Assembly (NCBI RefSeq): GCF_009914755.1
Contig: NC_060927.1
Strand: one strand, 5' to 3'
Source: the human T2T-CHM13v2.0 reference genome, Homo sapiens
Length of the DNA: 64,000 nucleotides
A program made the position numbers and the translations under genes. Positions 1 through 13,469 of this stretch are shown here, piece after piece. Below the pieces are notes generated by a model, which made no database searches, had not been told where the DNA came from, and saw only the letters and a program-made list of their open reading frames with translations. How positions within the stretch are numbered: the stretch's first letter is position 1; every line of letters starts with the position of its first letter.

Positions 1-51
1 GTTAAGAAAGTTGGGTGAGACAAGAATGTATATCTATATTTAAGAAAAGAA

Positions 52-1230
<1,179 letters not shown>

Positions 1231-1334
1231 AGTAGAAAAGAAAGAGAAAAAAGGAAAGTTTATTTCCTTTAGCCAAAAAACTTTCAGAGTTAGTGGGAAA
1301 ACACTAAAGGAAGTACTGTAGTAAACTGATTTAA

Positions 1335-1510
1335 TACTCTGACCTTTGCAGTCAAGTAAAAGTGGGTTCAAAATCTTTATCTGACACTTATTTCCAATGT
1401 AATATTAGACAATTGCTCAATTTCTTTAAGCCTATTGTGTTCATCCATAATATAAAAATAATAAAATCTAACTTATGAAATTGTTTCAGGCATTAAATTA
1501 GGTAAGAGTA
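1335..1510 (+). mobile_element. MIR
   Basis: GGGTTCAAAATC...CACTTA...TTCATCCATAATATAAAAATAATAAAATCTAACTTATGAAATTGTT resembles the MIR core. Confidence 0.65.
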
Positions 1511-4500
1511 AATTAAAAGTTTTTCTGGCTTAAGAAAATTGTTCAATTAAAAAATAGATTACAGTAATCTCTTTTCTCATCTTCTTTTTTCATCTTTATA
1601 CATATTGTGCTAAATGCTATAAATATTATGTTGCCCGATAAGAATACGGTCCCTACTCCTGCAGAACCTAATGATTCTCTTAGAATTAGACCTAAAGACA
1701 AAGTTACGTCAGCTACCTAAGCATCTCACAGTGTGAAACCTCTAACCTCTATGTGCTTTCACTAAACATAGCATTTGCTTGCTCAGGCTATCAATCAACT
1801 GAACAAAGAAACAAAACAACCCCTCAAACCAGAAAATCCATAATCTTCAAGTACATCTCGTTCTTTGAAGTAGATGTTGCCATTATTATAAAGGTCAACT
1901 CTTCATTCAGGGTTTAGATGGGTGATATTTGAAGAAGGCTGAACATATTGGATTAATGACTGACAGTAAGAGATTACCAAACTAGGCATATAGTAAATGC
2001 TCTACAGATTAGCTAAATGAAGGTAATGTGTCCTAATTTTGATTTGTCTAAACTCACTAGTACTTTGCAGACATCAAACCATTTCAAAACATTAGGTTCA
2101 TAAACAAGTGAACAGATTCTTTATCAGGATCAAAGTAATAAAGTTAAGATTTGAGTTTCTCACCATGTAGTCAATAACATGAAGAAAGAATATGGAGGCT
2201 GAGGAAAAAGAGTAGTGTATATATCCCTGTTATCTTCAATCCCCCTCCCTTATTTCAGTCTCTCTCAATCTCTCATTAAAGACTTCATTAACAGCATTTT
2301 ACAACAACCCAACAGAAAAGAATAAATTTCAGGAGTTTTATTAAATGGAATAGATTGCTTTACACATAAGAGTCATGGTTAAATTTCAACAATACAGCAT
2401 GTTAATTGCAAAATAAAAATAAATGTAGCTTTTAAAAGATCAGGAACTGTGTTAGCTGTGACTAATGACAACGGCAACAAAAAGAAAAACATGCCCTCAT
2501 TCCTATGCAATAAAGGCTAATAAAGCCTACTTCTATAACATTTTAGTTTCAGAAATTATCCAAAGGAGAGCAGATCTGCCTCTAGTAAAATTGTTTAAAG
2601 TGTTTGATAGACTGAATTGAACAAGTCCTTTACTAATGTACTTACACTTAAAAAATAAAAAATAAAAATAGGAAATGTTGTCACATTAAGTTGCATTTAA
2701 ATGAGAATATTTACTTCAAGAGAATTTGTTCAGATTACTTAAGTCAAAGTTATATACATGTAGCTTGAACATTTTGTTAGAAGTAGTAAAACTAATTTTC
2801 AGTGAAACAAAAATATTTGAAGTTCTTAGGATGTATGCATTAGATAAATATTTATAGGCCACATTCTTCAGATACCAAGATTAAATAAACCAACAACAGA
2901 GCCATAACCCATAAAAAGCCTACACTTTATAAAGGATATTAGTAGACGTCATTGCAGCTGTATTTTTTAAGCAGAATTCTGAAGGATGGCTATAAGAGGA
3001 TTAATTAGAAAAGATGGTGAATGTGTCTCATACTAGAGAGAGGAAAAGGCATAATTGTAAAATGCTATTACATTGTGGTATGTCCTTGGGTAAAACTGAG
3101 TAGTTGGATGCAAATAATAAAGTAGTAGTATTTAGTTTCTTAATGTCATTAATACTAGTGTTTCAGTAGCAGTCTGATTTCTCAATCTTACCATCCACTT
3201 AGAGGAAAAGGCCATTCTCTTCTCTCACTACATCTCTTATCCTGGATCAATGTATACATCATGAAATATGGCCACTTTGGCTCCATGCTCTGATCTTCCA
3301 GAAAAAGGATAATGCTTCAACTTAATGGGTAAATCAAAGATAACAGAAAATCTCAACCCATTTCAAGTGGCCCATGGGAGAAAGGGCTTGCTTTGTAATT
3401 GCGTTCTTGCTCTCTCTCTGCATCTTGTCCCACTCTTCTGCATAATCTCAGCTCCATATGGCCTAAAACCATGCCCTTACATGTCATGGGACCCAATAAC
3501 AATGACTTAAACTAGATTTTCTAATTTACATCTCATGAGAAGTTTACCCATATTATTTTACACTTTCCCAAATGAACTTTTAAAAATTATTATAATATCA
3601 TTGGCTTTGACTTTAAATGGTATTCTCGCAAACCATGATGAGTAGGGAAACATTGCATAGCTCCAGGATATTTAACTTTTGTTCCAAATTCTTATCCATG
3701 TTTCATGGTTTGAGAAGTCTTGTTATGTGTCCCTTTTCATAGTACTAGATTTCTGAGTATCACAAAGAGAGAATGTTTTCTCTCTTTGCTTTAGTATCTT
3801 AAATCTGTTTAAAGGGTTAATGAGGTAAACCTTGCCAGTTACTCAAAAGATGAATAGAACATTAAGTTTTGGGTTTACAAAGAATTTTGGGTTTACTAGA
3901 TTATGTATGGTGTTGACCTTTACAAGAAAAGCAAGAAGGCAGTACAGTTATACAAGAATCCACAGCATGATTTATTTTCCATTAGTTCTGTGAGTTTAAT
4001 GGAGAACAAGATCATAGGGGATAATTTTAAATCAATGAAGTAAAATAAAGTGAAGGGAAGAGAGTTGTTAAGTGCATTTAGGAGTCCCTTTTAGGTAGCT
4101 TGGACTAGCAGTAAGTTTTCTCTTTTTTGTTTTCTCGTGACTCTGAAGTAGAGGTAACTTTCTGGCAAACTTTAGAATGGGAGCTACTCATACACTAATG
4201 AACGATATTTGGGTTATAAAGCAGTAGGAATTTTGTTTAGGGAGAAATGTATCTAATCCTTGTTATTTGAGAAAAATTTTGGATAGTATGTTCTTTCCAA
4301 ACCTATCATTCCACAAGACACCCATACTTCTGACACATAAAGTTTTTTATTTTCAAGATTATTGTGCAAATTCTAGCTAACTGACACTTTAGGTTCATTA
4401 AATCCTTTTCACAACTAATTGACACCTCAGTTTGAGTAAGATTGATGGAAATAAGTCTGAGAATAGTTCTTGAGTTAGGGAAAGACTAAGGGAGAAAGGA

Positions 4501-4774
4501 GAAAGGGGTTTTGAGGTAGTTAATATGGTTACAACATAGGGGACATCCAATGTTCAAACAGGAAAAGCCCAAGACATTTCGATGTACATGATTTAGGACA
4601 AAATTGGAAAAGTCCTTAAATACGTAAATGATTTCAGTCCAATAGACAGGCTTCTTCAATCCAAAATATTATTTCTGATTGACAAAACCAGTAAAAGATT
4701 TAGCCTACCTGCCCTGACAGAGCAGATCAGATAGCATTTGGTAACCAATAATTTCCATAATGAGTGATAATACT

Positions 4775-4925
4775 TTGGCATCACTAGTGGGTTAAATCCC
4801 TGAGTTTTAAAGTTAGACCATTTAGGCTCCAATTTTTGCTCTATTGCTCCTAAACTAAGTAGGCTTGGATATATTATATAATCTCCCTTGTTGCCAATTT
4901 TCTTGTATGTAAACTGAGAATGTTG
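4775..4925 (+). mobile_element. MIR relic
   Basis: GTGGGTTAAA...AGTTAGACC...TTTTCTTGTATGTAAACTGAGAAT MIR-like pattern. Confidence 0.5.
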
Positions 4926-5274
4926 CTTAGAAGTCAGAAAGAACACAATAGTAATACATAGTAAATATAATGATTGATTTGATGAGAGCAATAATGGTAG
5001 CCTAGGAAAAGAAGTGACTGCTTTGCCTATGGGAGTTAGAGACAGCTTCCCAAAAGAGGTAAAATGAGTTAAAATCTAAATAATGTGAAGGAATTTGCCA
5101 AGTATATAAATTTCAGCTGTGAATTTTATGTGATTAAAAACCTCATGCAAAGCCAAGAGGTACGAGAGTGCATGTTAAGCTGTAATTTAGGATGTTTGGA
5201 GTTTAAAGGGCAAGAAGGACCTAATATAAACCGAGGCAATGGGGAACCACAGATTATTTAGAGCAGAGGTAATA

Positions 5275-5370
5275 TATGTATAACCTTCAAAATTCATGTT
5301 GAAACTTAATCCGCATTGTGGTGGTATTAGGAAGTGGGGCCCTTTGGTAAGTGATTTAAGATGATGGTTC
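5275..5370 (+). mobile_element. MaLR LTR fragment (MLT1/MST-like)
   Basis: CAAAATTCATGTTGAAACTTAATCC...GGTATTAGGAAGTGGGGCCCTTTGG..GTGATT matches the MaLR LTR 5' part. Confidence 0.7.
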
Positions 5371-5884
5371 AGTAAAACTTGCATAGTTATCATTCAGTAG
5401 TATCAGCTAAAATATTCTTAACAAAGTATTGTTTTCTTTTCTTTCAAAAAAAGTATACGAAATCTTTTGAACATATTGAAGACAGTTCAATATGTGTCTG
5501 GGAGATCGACAGACACAGTTTTGTAAGCCTAAAACGAGTCCAATATCTTCCCCCAACAATTTTAAAAGCTATTCCAAAACATGGTATTTCTTCCTTGGTA
5601 TGCTGAGGTGGAGGTGGGTAGTTACTAAAGATTAAGTTTTTTGGTCCCAAAACCTTACCTAGGAATAGCCCTCTTTGAATGTAAGACTGTGGTGGTTTTC
5701 CACAAATCTGTGGACAACTCCTAAAAAAGTCCAGTATCAGCCTAACACATCATGCAGTGACCAGGAGTTACAGGACGACCAAATGGAAAGCATGGCTTCA
5801 TGGGACAAATCATTCAATTAGTTGTAGGGACCCTAGGATTACATGTTTGAGGTTTAGGGGAGGGCCCTTTAGCAGCTCTGTGCC

Positions 5885-6262
5885 TGTATTAGTCCATTCG
5901 CATTATGCTATAAGGACATACCCAAGACTGGGTAATTTATAAAGGAAAGAGGTTTAATTGACTTATAGTTTTGCATGGCTGGGTAAGTCTCAGGAAACTT
6001 ACAAGCAGGGCAAAAGGGGAAGTAAACACGTCCTTCTTCACAAGGCAGCAGGAGAGAGAAGAATGAGAACCAAGTGAGGGGGAAAGCCTCTTAAAAACCA
6101 TCAGATCTTGTGACAACTTATTCACTATCATGAGAATAGCACAGGGGAACCACCCCCATGATTTAATCACCCACGTGGTGCCTCCCCCAACACGTGGGGA
6201 TTACAATTCGCATTACAATTTAAGATGAGATTTGGGTGGGGACACAGAGCCAGACCATATCA
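5885..6262 (-). mobile_element. MaLR solo LTR (MSTA/THE1D-like)
   Basis: TGTATTAGTCC...GAGATTTGGGTGGGGACACAGAGCCAGACCATATCA; perfect 5-bp TSD GTGCC (5880-5884, 6263-6267). Confidence 0.93.
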
Positions 6263-7578
6263 GTGCCTCTGTGTCTTCCACTACAACGCTGTATATAACA
6301 AGTGTCCAACTGCCTTCTGTGAGGAAGTAGAGAGAAATGTGTCACAGAAACAAATGTAGTGTCATTCCTCCTCTGGAATTAATGTAGCAGTGATGGTCCA
6401 ACTGGAGAAGGCCAGCATAATTAATCTTTAACTTGGAAATATCCTGATGATTCGGCACATTTCTATTAGGTCTGATTTTTGAACTATTGTCAAGGGATAT
6501 TAAACAAATCTAGGAATAGGCAAGATAAATACCTTTTACTTTCTTGCTTATCATTTTGCTTTACTTTCTTGTGGAAGGCACATATTTAATAGGATACAGA
6601 CATAAATATGCTGAAATTTCACTTTTTTATTTCACATAATTTTGAGTCAATATTCTGTCTGATATAGAATGCTTAATTTAGTTGCTTATATAAAACTTTA
6701 TCAAGCTGATAATTTATGCTACCTCATTCAGGTTTCAAACGCAGCCACTTTCTGAAGCAGTCCCCTTCCTCTCTTTTCTGGGGCTGATTCTGAGCACCCT
6801 AGTTTATCCAGTGGATCACTTGATCTTCAAACCATCAGATCTCTACCCCCCCAATGTCTCTATTCCATTCCAAGAGGCATGAGAATTTCAAGACACTCTC
6901 TCATACCCCAATAAGGTACTAGAAATGTTAAAGGGCTTGGGAGGATCTTTCATGCTTAGACAAACCCAAGAGACCCCCTATAAGGCTTGTCATTGACTTG
7001 GATGACCTCCAGAAATCAAATATAGCTATTCCAGATAGACAGCACTACAGCTTACCCCTTCTTCTTAAGCCATGGAAGAGATGGCTTAGATTGACCTGAT
7101 AATGATTGAGGATGATCATATCCTTTATATACACACACAGCTTCTACTCATTCCTTGGTGTTGTCTCCAGCTCTTTCCACCAATTTTAGGCCTATGGCTT
7201 AGTAAGGTAAACAAAAGGAGCACATTCTTAAATATGTCTTCCTTCAAGATTTTAAAACAATAATTGTGGATTTTTGTTCTTTGATTTACTATACTCGAGC
7301 CTAAAGCAAAGACTGCATATAGTACTTTGTGTGAAAGGTTGTCAATGAATGCTTCGAATATGGTTCTTTGAGTGCTTCTGCCAAGGGTAAATTTTTACCA
7401 AAACAATGGATTTTGCAAACATTTCTAAGCATGAAAACAATATGGCTAAATTAGCACTTATCAGAGAGCTCAATCTCAAATTCAGTTCTAGTTAGCTCTT
7501 ATTAAAATTGATGTTAGAAACAAATAGTTTTTGAACAAGTAAGTTTAAAGATCATGCTATACTACCATTGTTCCAGCG

Positions 7579-7842
7579 CAGTGCTTTTCAAACCTGTTAG
7601 AATCACCTTTTCAAACCTGTTACAAGTTACAAAGCTTGTAAAAATTACCCATGTTATGCTTCATTCCATACCAGTTATATCAGAATCTCAAAGGGTGGAG
7701 CTTAGGCATTAACTTTTTAAAACAAAAAGTAAAATAAAAATAAAGCTCCTGAAGCTTTACTGTTTCAGATGTTTTAATGTTTTAAAACATTTAAATATTT
7801 TTATGGATTTAATGTGCAGCCAGAGTTGAGAGTCACTTGTCT
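7579..7842. mobile_element. MER5-family hAT-Charlie MITE
   Basis: CAGTGCTTTTCAAAC...TCAGAATCTC...TAATGTGCAGCCAGAGTTGAGAGTCACT termini and body; small internal duplication TTTTCAAACCTGTTA. Confidence 0.7.
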
Positions 7843-7958
7843 AAACTGTCAATAACCATTGCTTTTATTGGATTATTAAGATTGGGTATAAGAAAGAGTT
7901 ATAGGAAAAACAGTTTCTAACTTCTACAGACTTTCCACTGTGTTGCTCAATAACCATT

Positions 7959-8329
7959 TGATATGGTTTGGCTGTGTGTCCCCACCCAAGTCTCATCTAG
8001 AATTGTACTCCCATATTTCCCACATGTTATTGTAGGGACCCTGTGGGAGATAACTGAATCATGGGGGCAGTTTCCCCATACTGCTGTCGTGGTAGTGAAT
8101 AAATCTCATGAGAGCTGATGGTTTAATCGGAGGTTTCCACTTTTGCGTCTTCCTCATTCTCTGCCTGCTGCCATCCATGTAAGACGGCACTTGCTCCTCC
8201 TTGCCTTCCACCATGATTGTGTGGCTTTCCCAGCCACATGGAGCAGTAAGTCCAATTACATCTCTTTCTTTTTTAAATTGCCCAGTCTTGGGTACATCTT
8301 TATTAGCAGCGTGAAAATGGACAAATACA
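7959..8329 (+). mobile_element. THE1 (A/B-like) solo LTR
   Basis: TGATATGGTTTGGCTGTG start, ...GTGAAAATGGACAAATACA end; TSD CCATT/CCACT. Confidence 0.93.
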
Positions 8330-10069
8330 CCACTATAAAGAGAATAACATGCTAAATGTCTATTATTTTAGCATCATGAAAATTTCCATTTTGGTCTCAT
8401 TGAAATATAGATATGCTCCCTGACATCAGAGGAATGCTTGCAATCTATTTGGTCTTATTTGTGCTTTAGTAGCCAGAAAGTCTGGGGCTGAAATGATTGC
8501 CCTGTTGCATAATTATTTCATGTTTAAATTACTAATTAATATTACCCCCTTATTTAATATCATCCCATTACAGTGAATTCAGTATTATTTTTATTCTAAA
8601 TCAAAGTTAATATCAGAATAAGCATTAAATTCATTGATCACCTATTTGAGAGCTGGTTATTAGTATGAAATTTTTGCAACAGTATCATGTCAGCTGGTTT
8701 AATCCCTAGTTGCCATTCCTGAATACATTTCCTGGTTTTTAGCTTGCATTAATTTGGAAGTTTCCATTACTTATCTATATCTGTTGGGAAGACAGTCTTG
8801 TCATTATACAAATGTATTTTACTTTATAAAATGATGTGTTTCTGAAACTTCAGGTATCAACCAACCTTTTAAGACTCAATTATATTTTAAATACATGAGA
8901 TCTATCTTTTTAAAGCATTAAGCAGAAAGTATTTTTTCTGTGTGTGAATTGAATCATCATTTTGTAAGACATCTTACCTTACTCATTTATAATGGAATTC
9001 AAGAATTTTCAATTATATCTGTACTTTTAATTTATGTAAGGTTATTATTATTACTGTCTTTACTGCATTTGTTTCAAACCTAAAATGTTCATGATCCCAA
9101 TTGTTTTATTCTAAGAAACTCTAAATAGATGGCCTTTGCTTCATGATTATCTCTAGAAGTTCAGGATAAACTTGAGGAGTTTGAATTAAGGTTGACCTAA
9201 AGTATTAGCATACATTTAATGCTGGAAGGAGCAATTTGGGACTTCTTAGGTGATATTAGAAAAAAGGAGAAAAATAATTTCTTCTTTTGTTTTTGAGAAT
9301 GGAGTTTAAAACGTGATTGGAAAAAGAGTAATCTAAAGATATTTTGCCATAGGCAGTGTAGGTTGGCATCAATCTCCACACCTAAAAAAAAACTGTGACT
9401 GTTCAGAAAGTAGCCTTTTAAATGGCTCCATGAATATATCAGAATTATAATATTATAGGCTATTAAAGTTGGAAAGGATTTTTGAGAATATTTAACATAA
9501 CACTTCAATATTTTAGATTAGACAATGATATCCAAAGAGATAAAATAATTTCCCAGGGATAAGTTTATTTGTAGCCGCGTATGAATAAGAACCTCATTTA
9601 GCTTCTTGGTTCAAACATTAAATATCTCTCCTTTAAGCTCAAAACAAAATGCTTTGCTCCAAATCCTCCTATTTAACACCCTACAGTTTCAATTGTAGAC
9701 TTCTAGCAATCGTTAAGCATCTCAGAAAGAGTGTCAAAATGCTAACAGTGAAGATATCCATGCTTGTCATTTCCAAGAACTAAAATAAGTTTCAAGACTG
9801 GGCTACCATGACAGAGGTTGGATAGAAATTTTGCTAATATTGAATTTGTATTTTCTCTTGAAGTTATTTTTCCTTATATTTCCCTTTTAATTCACACACT
9901 TACTCAAATATATATAGTATCCAATCTTCTGAGACCATTTTTCTACTCTTTTTTCTTTACTAGTCACAAGTGAGTTATTTCATCAATGGTCTAATTTCCC
10001 ACAAGCAAGTTTTTTTTTTTTAGCCTTCTATAATTATAATGTGTCAGAGGGAGGACATATCAACCAGAT

Positions 10070-10242
10070 CTTTGCTACTGAATGATGTCCCAGATTAGCA
10101 GCGTCAGCATCATCTAGAACCTTGTTAGAAATACAGATTCTCAGGCCCTGTTCCAAATCTACTGAATCAAAATCTGCATTCTGAAAAGAAGAGAATGACT
10201 CTAGGTGAGTCCCATGCACATTAAAGTTGGAAAAATGACTGA
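10070..10242. mobile_element. MER5A-like MITE
   Basis: GCAGCGTCAGCATCATCTAGAACCTTGTTAGAAATACAGATTCTCAGGCCC...TACTGAATCAAAATCTGCATT...GCACATTAAAGTTGGAAAAATGACTG. Confidence 0.8.
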
Positions 10243-10676
10243 ACTCAATCAATAATTTATGTAGATGTCAAGGGAAAAGTAATTTAAAGGTCCATAGTAA
10301 GACTATTTGTATTATGAATATTAGTTTAAAAACTCAATTCAATTCAATTTAAAAGGGACAGCTAAAGTGAAGACATCAAAGATAAATGGAGTAAACTCTC
10401 TGTTTTGCTTTGCTTTGTTTTCTTAGCTACTTCTGTTATTTATTTATTTAGGTAAAACAGAAGTCTACCATTCTCTAAAGCAGCATTGCCTATGTTAACA
10501 ACATAGTTTTTCTTTTTAAATGTTCAAAGGTCATACAGGTTCCCAGAAACACAATGATAATTGAAATTACTAAAAGAATGAAAAATATCACTTTTGCATA
10601 CAGTGGCAACACTACAATAAGATAAAAGGTGAGAGGTGGAAAGAAGTGGTGCAAGAAAACTACTTTTGAAAGATAA

Positions 10677-10965
<289 letters not shown>

Positions 10966-11508
10966 TGACATACATGCTGCCTCAAGTGGTCTGTCAACAC
11001 AAATATAGGACCCCTTGGTCAAAGAATACCCATTCTGCTTTCTACCACATTGGTGTCACCTCTAATATATACATCTTTAATTCAATTAGGTATTTTTAAC
11101 GGGTCAAAATGTTAATTTTACTTTTAAAAGGTTTCAGAATAATTGGGAAATTTGGCAAAGGAGATGTGGTGAGATGGTCATGGCTTTACTTAAACTAAAT
11201 TCACTCTAAGGAAAATCTACGAGAGGGAACCAGCAGGTTACCTGTTCACTGAAGCAGAAAAAAGTCTACTACGCAAAAGAAAAGGGAGCACTTTTTAAAC
11301 AATTTTTCCATTTGAGTTTCTGGAGAGTATACATCTTTACAATTGGTAGTCTGCGTGATAAACCAGTAAGAAATACTAAGGTTCTTTATAAAAGTTGTCA
11401 TATAGTTTCCAGCAACTTGTCAATTTGGACAATGATGTTTCACTACTCACTCTGCAACAGACACTGGTGAACAAACATCTACAATAGTTTTGCTGAAAAA
11501 TATTCACA

Positions 11509-11799
11509 GGCTGGCCGCGGTGGCTCAATCCTGTAATCCCAGCACTTTGGGAGGCCGAGGCGGGTGGATCACGAGGTCAGGAGTTCGAGACCAGCCTTAC
11601 CAACATGGAGAAACCCCGTCTCTACTAAAAATATAAAAATTAGCCAGACGCGGTGGTGCAGGCCTGTAATCCCAGCTACTCGGGAGGCTGAGGCAGGAGA
11701 ATCACTTGAACCTGGGAGTCAGAGGTTGCAGTGAGCCGAGGTTGTGCCACTGACTCCGGCCTGGGCAACAGAGTGAGACTCCGTCTCAAAAAACAAAAA
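11509..11799 (+). mobile_element. Alu (AluSg-like), full length
   Basis: Canonical dimer, GATCACGAGGTCAGGAGTTCGAGACC; ATATTCACA repeated on both flanks. Confidence 0.95.
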
Positions 11800-12279
11800 T
11801 ATATTCACAAAAAATTTTGGTTGCAACTTTTAGAAAAAGAAGTTTCATTTCTCAGAAGGAACAGTTTGCTTTTGTACTTAGATCAGTACATGTCACAGTT
11901 GAGAAATTAAAATGGAAAAGCCTTAATTTAAAGGATTCATTGTCTATTTTAGATTGCTGTATTGCTGTTGTTTCTAATATCTTGTCTGCATTTAATCCCC
12001 AAAAGAATAACAGCTCTGAGAACACAGGTGGGAGTGGCTGCTGCTACAATTATCGTTATTTTGTCCCATACGACAGTTGTTAGCCAGTCGGGAGCAAGGG
12101 AAATTATTACTATACGGCTAGAGGAGGCCTAAAAACAAGTGATGACATAATTTTCACGCTTCCTTTCCATATGAAGCCATAAAAAAAAGAACAAGAGAGT
12201 TGGCTGTTTTCCTTCACACAGTGAGAAATCTAAAATATATGTTACTTTAAGAGAAATAATTTGCTCTAATGTGTTTCAC

Positions 12280-12600
12280 AATGCCTAGCACATGTTAAAG
12301 CACTCACAAGTGTTTGTTAAGATCATGAATAAATGAAAAATTGAAATGGAATTGGGGGCGATAAGCCCAAACTTAAAGGCAAAACTTCATATTTTCTGCT
12401 ATCTACATAAAAGTGGTAAATCATCATTTCTAACTTTTGATTAACAGATTAACATGCACTAGTCTTTTAATAAATGCTGGTATTTTATTAATTCAGCAAG
12501 TAGTTGTTGATCTCCTACTAAATGCCAGTCACTGTTCTAGGCACTGAGCATACAAAGATAAATGTCATATTCTCTGACTCAGAAACTCAGAGTCCAGTCT
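12280..12600. mobile_element. Two L2 3'-end fragments in opposite orientation
   Basis: TGCCTAGCACATG...GCACTCACAAGTGTTTGTT...ATGAATAAATGAA (+) and ATTCAGCAAGTAGTTGTTGATCTCCTACTAAATGCCAGTCACTGTTCTAGGCACTG (-). Confidence 0.7.
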
Positions 12601-12603
12601 GAG

Positions 12604-13203
12604 TGCAATGAATACTAGGACATGCCCAGATGCCTTCTTCATGAAAGGAGGACTCATTTCTCCAGCTTCTGGGAGGATTGATGACTGATGACTATACCTG
12701 AGTCCCTCTTTGAGAATTTCTCTCAGCCTAAGAGACCTATTGGATACAAGGTCATATGCCTTTCCTAGAGGTAGTCTACATCCAATGACTGGTTGCTATG
12801 AGTGAGTTAAATCCTGGCTACCTTGTCTCAAAAAAAAAAAATAAGAAGAAAAACTGTGAAGTTCCATTCCAAGTCCAGAGGACTTCAAGTGATTCTTCTG
12901 CCTCAGCCTCCCAAGTAGCTGGGATTACAGGCCCGCACCGCTGGGTCCGGCTAATTTTTGTATTTTTAGTAGAGATGGGGTTTCACCATGTTGGTCAGGC
13001 TGGTCTTGAACTCCTGAGCTCGTCATCCAAGGTCAGGAGTTCCTGGGGACTTGGCTGAAGACTGTGTTGCAACTGCTTTGCACTGCACCTCTTCTCTTTG
13101 CCAAGACCCACATCTCTCATTCTCCTCTGTGTGCCTCTGATAAATTTTCTGTCCCAAAATCTTCATCTCAGAGTTTGTTTCATGGTGAATTCAAACTAAG
13201 AGA
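12604..13203 (+). mobile_element. LTR16-family 5' LTR of an ERV-L provirus
   Basis: CCCAGAT...CATCCAATGACTGGT...ATAAATTTTCTG...CATCTCAGAGTTTGTTTC...AAACTAAGAGA matches LTR16; followed directly by ERVL-type internal sequence. Confidence 0.75.
12884..13022 (-). mobile_element. Internal Alu fragment (no 5' end, tail or TSD) inside LTR16
   Basis: TTCAAGTGATTCTTCTGCCTCAGCC...GAACTCCTGAGCTCG. Confidence 0.9.
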
Positions 13204-13460
13204 GTTGAGGCTAGCAGAGGTCTAAGAAATAAGAAGCTGAAATGGATTCTGCAACCAGCTGTAGGGCACTAAAGATGCTCTCCCTAGTACCAGGGCACTA
13301 ACTGTAGGAGTGCAAACATCAGACTGTTCATGATTAGTAAACTGAGATGGGATATTGATGGAAGGGTATGTACTAGCAGGGACAATACTTAAATTTTTAA
13401 GAAGATATATAACATACTAATTATAAATAAAATAAAAATTTGTTGATCTTTTTTTGCAGC
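13204..13460 (+). mobile_element. ERV-L internal 5' leader (ERV3-16A3-like)
   Basis: Directly follows the LTR16 end; resembles the ERVL leader (GTTG...AGAGGTCTAAGAAATAAG...ATGGATTCT). Confidence 0.5.
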
Positions 13461-13469
13461 TCGATTGAA

